A stretch of 64,000 nt of DNA from Atribacterota bacterium. Lineage in GTDB: Bacteria > Atribacterota > Phoenicimicrobiia > Phoenicimicrobiales > Stramentimicrobiaceae. The stretch spans positions 416,001 to 480,000 of the forward strand of contig JAXGNR010000004.1 in the NCBI GenBank assembly GCA_040767965.1, written 5' to 3'. Below the pieces are notes generated by a model, which saw only the letters and a list, made by a program, of their open reading frames with translations, searched no databases and was not told the origin of the DNA. Shown here one piece after another: positions 59,618-64,000 of this stretch (position 1 is its first letter; every line of letters begins with the position of its first letter). The position numbers were made by a program, and so were the translations under genes.

Positions 59618-59677
59618 AAAACTACAAAGAAAGAATTAAATGGTCTAATTCAGTTTATTGGAGTGTGATGACCTATA

Positions 59678-60211
59678 ATTAGTATAGATGAAAAAAAATG
59701 GTATGTTGTGCATACTTATTCTGGATATGAAAATAAAGTAAAAATGAATTTAGAACAAAGAGTAAAATCTATGGGGATGGAAGATCAGATATTTCAGGTT
59801 TTAATACCCACTGAAAAAGTCCTTGAAACAAAATCCGGCAAAAGAAGATATGTTCAAAAAAAAGTATTCCCAGGGTATGTAGTTGTAGAAATGAAAATGA
59901 ATAATGAATCTTGGTACACAGTCCGTAATACTCCTGGTGTTACAAGATTTGTCGGATCTGGCGGAAAGCCAGTTGCTTTGAATGATAATGAAATAAAAAA
60001 CATTCTAAAGCAAATGGGCAAAGATGAAAATAAACCAAAAATAGATATTAACGTCGGTACCAGTGTTAATATAATAACTGGTCCTTTTACTGGCTATACA
60101 GGAAAGGTTAGTGATATCGACAATCAAAAAGGAAAATTAAAAGTTTTATTAACTATTTTTGGGAGAGAGACATCAGTAGAATTAGAATTTACCGATGTTG
60201 AAAAATATTAA
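59678..60211 (+). CDS. nusG: Transcription termination/antitermination factor NusG (start uncertain, probably ATT 59678)
   Basis: Frame extends upstream of GTG 59708 as ISIDEKKWYVVHTYSGYE; FPGYV, VRNTPGVT.FVG, GPF, IFGRET. Confidence 0.93.
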   Translation: MSIDEKKWYVVHTYSGYENKVKMNLEQRVKSMGMEDQIFQVLIPTEKVLETKSGKRRYVQKKVFPGYVVVEMKMNNESWYTVRNTPGVTRFVGSGGKPVALNDNEIKNILKQMGKDENKPKIDINVGTSVNIITGPFTGYTGKVSDIDNQKGKLKVLLTIFGRETSVELEFTDVEKY

Positions 60212-60294
60212 TTTAGATAATTTAGATTATGAAAATAGTGATTCTATAAAAGAATTGCCAAATTATTAATCGTGCGAGAAGAGGTGTAAAGTAA

Positions 60295-60717
60295 ATGGCA
60301 AAAAAGATAATTGCAAATATAAAATTGCAAATTCCCGCTGGAGCGGCAAATCCAGCTCCTCCAGTAGGTCCTGCTTTAGGACAACATGGCCTTAATATTA
60401 TGGAATTTTGTAAATCTTTTAATGCAAAGACAAAACAGGATATAGGCACCGTAATACCAGTAATAATTACTGTTTATCAAGATCGAACATTTGATTTTAT
60501 TTGTAAAAAGCCGCCTATGTCATTTCTTTTAAAAGATGCAGCAAAGGCCGAAAAAGGATCAGCAGAACCTAATAAAACAAAAGTGGCCAAAATATCACGG
60601 GAAAAAGTAAGGGAAATTGCTGAAATCAAGATGCCTGATCTTAATGCTAATGATATTGAAGCTGCTATGAAAATAGTTGAAGGTACTGCTCGTAGCATGG
60701 GCATTGAAATAGAATAA
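60295..60717 (+). CDS. rplK: 50S ribosomal protein L11
   Basis: [29 protein letters not shown]. Confidence 0.97.
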   Translation: MAKKIIANIKLQIPAGAANPAPPVGPALGQHGLNIMEFCKSFNAKTKQDIGTVIPVIITVYQDRTFDFICKKPPMSFLLKDAAKAEKGSAEPNKTKVAKISREKVREIAEIKMPDLNANDIEAAMKIVEGTARSMGIEIE

Positions 60718-60763
60718 GAATTTAAAAAATAGTATACTAATAATTAATTATATTTTTTAAAAT

Positions 60764-60792
60764 GTGGGAGGAGTAATATCCAACTGTACCAC
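60764..60792 (+). promoter_or_regulatory. Probable L1-binding mRNA site upstream of rplA
   Basis: GTGGGAGG...TCC...ACCAC hairpin directly before the rplA SD, as in Firmicutes rplK-rplA spacers. Confidence 0.6.
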
Positions 60793-60804
60793 TAGGAGGA
60801 AATT

Positions 60805-61503
60805 ATGACAAGAAAAAGAGGAAAAAAATATTCTAAGACATTAGAGGGCTTTGATAAAAGTTCTTTATATTCTATTGAAGAAGCAATAAAGTTGGTTAAA
60901 GAATTAACATGGGTTAATTTTACAGAGTCAGTAGATGTTGCAGTCAAATTAGGAGTGAACACCAGACACTCTGAAGAGCAGGTTAGAGGCGCTGTTGATT
61001 TACCCCATGGGACCGGCAAAGAAGCAAAAGTGGTTGTTTTTGCCCAGGGTGAAAAAGTAAAGGAAGCTGAAGAAGCAGGTGCGGAATATGTAGGCGGAGA
61101 AGAATTAGCTGAAAAAATCCTGCAAGGATGGACAGATTTCGATGCAACCATTGCTACCCCGGACATGATGAAAGTGGTTGGTAAATTAGGAAGGGTCTTA
61201 GGCCCACGTGGACTAATGCCAAATCCTAAAGTGGGAACAGTTACTTTTGATGTAAAAGAAGCTGTTTCATCAGTCAAAAAAGGTAAAGTTGAATATAGAG
61301 CTGATCGTTTTGGTATTGTTCATGCCATGATTGGGAAAATTAATTTTACTGATGAACAGTTAACTGAAAACTTTAAAACCTTGATTGATGCTATTATTAA
61401 AGCAAAACCAGCTTCTTCAAAAGGAAAATATTTAATTAGTGTTGCTATCTCTTCAACTATGGGTCCAGGAATAAAATTGGATACAATGAAGCTGATTGCT
61501 TGA
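60805..61503 (+). CDS. rplA: 50S ribosomal protein L1
   Basis: LPHGTGK, ATPDMM, LGPRGLMPNPKVGTVT, STMGPGI. Confidence 0.97.
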   Translation: MTRKRGKKYSKTLEGFDKSSLYSIEEAIKLVKELTWVNFTESVDVAVKLGVNTRHSEEQVRGAVDLPHGTGKEAKVVVFAQGEKVKEAEEAGAEYVGGEELAEKILQGWTDFDATIATPDMMKVVGKLGRVLGPRGLMPNPKVGTVTFDVKEAVSSVKKGKVEYRADRFGIVHAMIGKINFTDEQLTENFKTLIDAIIKAKPASSKGKYLISVAISSTMGPGIKLDTMKLIA

Positions 61504-61535
61504 AATTATTAATAAGAAAAAATAAATATTGAATA

Positions 61536-61650
61536 ATTCCTTAGACAGTAGGTATCAAATTGATTTAATTGGTTATACCAACCTACAGAGGATGAGAATA
61601 AATATAGTCCTTCCTTACCTTTTAATGTCTAAGGAAGGATTTTATATTTT
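61536..61650 (+). ncRNA. L10 leader (rplJ-rplL regulatory RNA) with terminator hairpin
   Basis: CCTTAGACAGTAGG...TTAA...CCTACAGAGG motif, then TCCTTCCTTA...TAAGGAAGGA-TTTT. Confidence 0.75.
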
Positions 61651-61670
61651 AGTAGAAAGGAGGAATATCT

Positions 61671-62207
61671 TTGCCAATTAAAAAAGAAGAAAAAGTTGCC
61701 GCTGTAAAAGAATTATGTGAAGAGTTTGAAAAATCTTCAGGTGTTGTTTTAACTGACTATAAAGGACTAAATGTTCCTGCAATAAATCAAATTCGAAGTA
61801 ATTTGAGAGAGCAAAACATAAAGTATAAAGTGTATAAAAATACTCTAATTAAAATAGCAGCTAAAGAAAAAGGCTTTGAGGAATTCAGCCAAGATCTTTC
61901 TGGTTGTACTGCTATTGCTTTTTCTGAAAACGAGCCTATTCTGGTTGTAAAAATATTAAATCAATTTTTGCAACAAAATAAAGAAAATTTCAAGCTTAAA
62001 AAAGCATTAATTGAAGGAAAAGTTTTTTATAGTGAACAATTAGACAGAATTGCAAATCTGCCTTCTAAGGAAGAATTATTAGCTAAAATGTTAGGCAATA
62101 TGAAATCTCCAATAAGTTCATTTGTTTTTGTATTAAAAGCACCAATTTATGGTTTGGTAAATGTATTAGATCAGATAAGAAAAAGTAAATTAGAAAATGA
62201 ACAATAA
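61671..62207 (+). CDS. rplJ: 50S ribosomal protein L10
   Basis: DYKGL, KVYKNTL, LPSKEELLA. Confidence 0.95.
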   Translation: MPIKKEEKVAAVKELCEEFEKSSGVVLTDYKGLNVPAINQIRSNLREQNIKYKVYKNTLIKIAAKEKGFEEFSQDLSGCTAIAFSENEPILVVKILNQFLQQNKENFKLKKALIEGKVFYSEQLDRIANLPSKEELLAKMLGNMKSPISSFVFVLKAPIYGLVNVLDQIRKSKLENEQ

Positions 62208-62259
62208 ATAAACAAATAAAGATTTTAATTACTACAAATAAAGAGAGGAGGTGAAAAAA

Positions 62260-62667
62260 TTGGTAGATAAAAACGAAGAAGTTACAACAGATGTTGTTAA
62301 TGAAATAATGGAAAAAGTAGAAAAACTAACAGTTTTGGAATTAGCTGATTTAGTCAAAGCATTGGAAGATAAATTTGGTGTTAGCGCAGCTGCTCCGGTA
62401 GCTGTACAAGCAGCCGCTCCTGCGCAAGGAGGTAGCGGACAAGCAGAAGAAGAACAAACCGAATTTGATGTAATTCTTAAAGACGTAGGTGCAAACAAAA
62501 TAAAAGTTATAAAAGAGGTAAGAGCTGCCACCGGGTTAGGCTTAAAAGAATCAAAAGAACTAGTAGAAGGAGCACCTAAACCTGTTAAAGAAAAAATAGA
62601 AAAGAAAGATGCTGATGAGCTTAAAGAAAAATTAGAAGCAGTAGGCGCTACTGTTGAAATAAAATAG
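62260..62667 (+). CDS. rplL: 50S ribosomal protein L7/L12
   Basis: [39 protein letters not shown]; TTG 62260 after GGAGGTGA. Confidence 0.96.
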   Translation: MVDKNEEVTTDVVNEIMEKVEKLTVLELADLVKALEDKFGVSAAAPVAVQAAAPAQGGSGQAEEEQTEFDVILKDVGANKIKVIKEVRAATGLGLKESKELVEGAPKPVKEKIEKKDADELKEKLEAVGATVEIK

Positions 62668-62744
62668 AAAATATTAATAATTGTTTGTCATGTATTTGTC
62701 AATTAATTATTATAAAAATTAATGATAAATAAAAAAATATTGTT

Positions 62745-62800
62745 AAAGTTAAAGAAGATACCAATAATAATTGAAATATTATGAGGTATCTTCTTGACTT
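62745..62800. terminator. Hairpin after rplL overlapping the rpoB -35 box
   Basis: AAGAAGATACC...GGTATCTTCTT stem. Confidence 0.5.
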
Positions 62801-62822
62801 TATATATTTATAATGTTATAAT
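62794..62822 (+). promoter_or_regulatory. Promoter for rpoB
   Basis: TTGACT-17 bp-TATAAT with extended -10 TG. Confidence 0.7.
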
Positions 62823-62861
62823 TTTCCCTTGCATATATAATAAAAAAGGTTGGTGTTTAAA

Positions 62862-64000
62862 GTGCAGAATAATAAAGTAAAAATATTAGATTATTCAAGA
62901 ATTAAAAGTTTTATCGAGCCACCTAACTTCCTCGAAATACAAAAAGAATCATATCGTAAATTTTTACAAGATAATATCCCTATAGAAAAAAGAAAAAATA
63001 TTGGATTGCATAAAGTATTTAAAGATGTTTTTCCTATTCAGGATTTTACAGGAAACCTTGTTCTTGATTATATCCATTATACAATTAAAGAAAACAAATA
63101 TTCTCCTCTTGAATGCTGGGAAAGAGGTAGCACTTTTTCTGCTCCTCTGGAAGTGAGAATAAGTTTAGTTAATAAAAAGACCGGTGAAATTAAAGAACAA
63201 GATGTTTTCATGGGTGAAATCCCGTTAATGACTGATAGCGGAAGTTTTATTATAAATGGAGCGGAGAGGGTTATAGTAAACCAACTTATTCGCTCACCTG
63301 GCATCTATTATGGTAGCGAAGAGTATGCAGGAAATAAAACATTATATAATTATAGAATTATCCCAAATCGAGGTTCATGGCTTGAATTTGGATTTGATAG
63401 TAATAATATGATATTTGTGCGTATCGATAAAAAAAGGAAAATAGCTGCTACTGCTCTTTTAAGAGCTCTCGGCTATGAAAGAAATGAAGATATTTTAGAA
63501 TTATTTGATAATAATGAAATAATTCAAGAAACTTTAGCCAAAGATAGTTCTCATAATAAAAGAGAGGCACTAATTGAGATTTTTAGAAAGTTAAGACCAA
63601 GTGAACCACCAACTGATAGAAATACCAGACAATTATTGGATAGATTATTATTTGATACAAAAAGATATGATCTGGCTGATGTAGGAAGATATAAAGTAAA
63701 TCAAAAATTGTCTATTCAAAATAGAATACTTGACAGGACAACTTCCAAAGCAGTGATAGATCCTGTTACCGGCAAACAGATTGTGAAGAAGAATGTTAAT
63801 ATAACACCGAAAATTGCTGAACAAATCAAAGAATCAAATACTAATAAAATCTATGTTTATAATGATGATGATGAGGAAATAGCTATTTATAATGAGAAGG
63901 ACATCACAACTGTTGCTGTGATTGATCATGAAGAGGGTATTGTTGATGAAAAAAATATTGGACTTCACTTATTAGAAGATATTATCGATCAGCAATCAGG
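62862..64000 (+). CDS. rpoB: DNA-directed RNA polymerase beta subunit, 5' part (runs off window)
   Basis: GTG start; PNFLEIQKESY, FPIQDF, VFMGEIPLMT..GSFIINGAERVIVNQL.RSPG, IIPNRGSWLE, RYDLADVGRYK. Confidence 0.97.
   Translation, partial: MQNNKVKILDYSRIKSFIEPPNFLEIQKESYRKFLQDNIPIEKRKNIGLHKVFKDVFPIQDFTGNLVLDYIHYTIKENKYSPLECWERGSTFSAPLEVRISLVNKKTGEIKEQDVFMGEIPLMTDSGSFIINGAERVIVNQLIRSPGIYYGSEEYAGNKTLYNYRIIPNRGSWLEFGFDSNNMIFVRIDKKRKIAATALLRALGYERNEDILELFDNNEIIQETLAKDSSHNKREALIEIFRKLRPSEPPTDRNTRQLLDRLLFDTKRYDLADVGRYKVNQKLSIQNRILDRTTSKAVIDPVTGKQIVKKNVNITPKIAEQIKESNTNKIYVYNDDDEEIAIYNEKDITTVAVIDHEEGIVDEKNIGLHLLEDIIDQQS

Overview
AT-rich (roughly 30% GC by eye) bacterial chromosomal window, almost all on the + strand, with no transposase, prophage or CRISPR array visible. 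The first ~14 kb are cell-surface glycan/envelope genes: an ATP-grasp protein, GT2, a GT4 relic, an archaeal-type GPT/AglH-like phosphotransferase, a geranylgeranyl-reductase-family flavoprotein, a metallopeptidase/beta-propeller/Omp85 protein, WecA/TagO, an epimerase and a pseudo-WecA-TagA fusion. Housekeeping blocks follow: mreD, mrdA+rodA (one ORF), radical SAM pair, rng, rplU, rpmA, obgE; giant TPR-ExbB-ExbD-TonB-like/DUF3048-xerD; punA, mtnA, murA, mreB, S55 peptidase, ispDEF; nadD, yqeK, LCP, rsfS; pgk; a CsoR-family gene, mcsA, mcsB, clpC, radA, PIN/TRAM, cysS, sigH; tRNAs, tuf, rpmG, tRNA-Trp, secE, nusG, rplKAJL and the 5' part of rpoB. Firmicutes-like gene order combined with outer-membrane machinery and a short L27 without Prp suggests a diderm such as Atribacterota (inference only). 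Top leads: (1) an ExbBD/TolQR motor operon whose TonB/TolA-like subunit ends in DUF3048; (2) a CsoR/CstR-type repressor with an intact operator sitting where CtsR normally is; (3) a PBP2-RodA read-through ORF in a topologically awkward order; (4) an archaeal-type AglH/GPT next to an archaeal-type GGR; (5) a REP-like palindromic cassette translated in frame inside the Omp85 gene. All family calls come from motif recognition by eye, not database searches.
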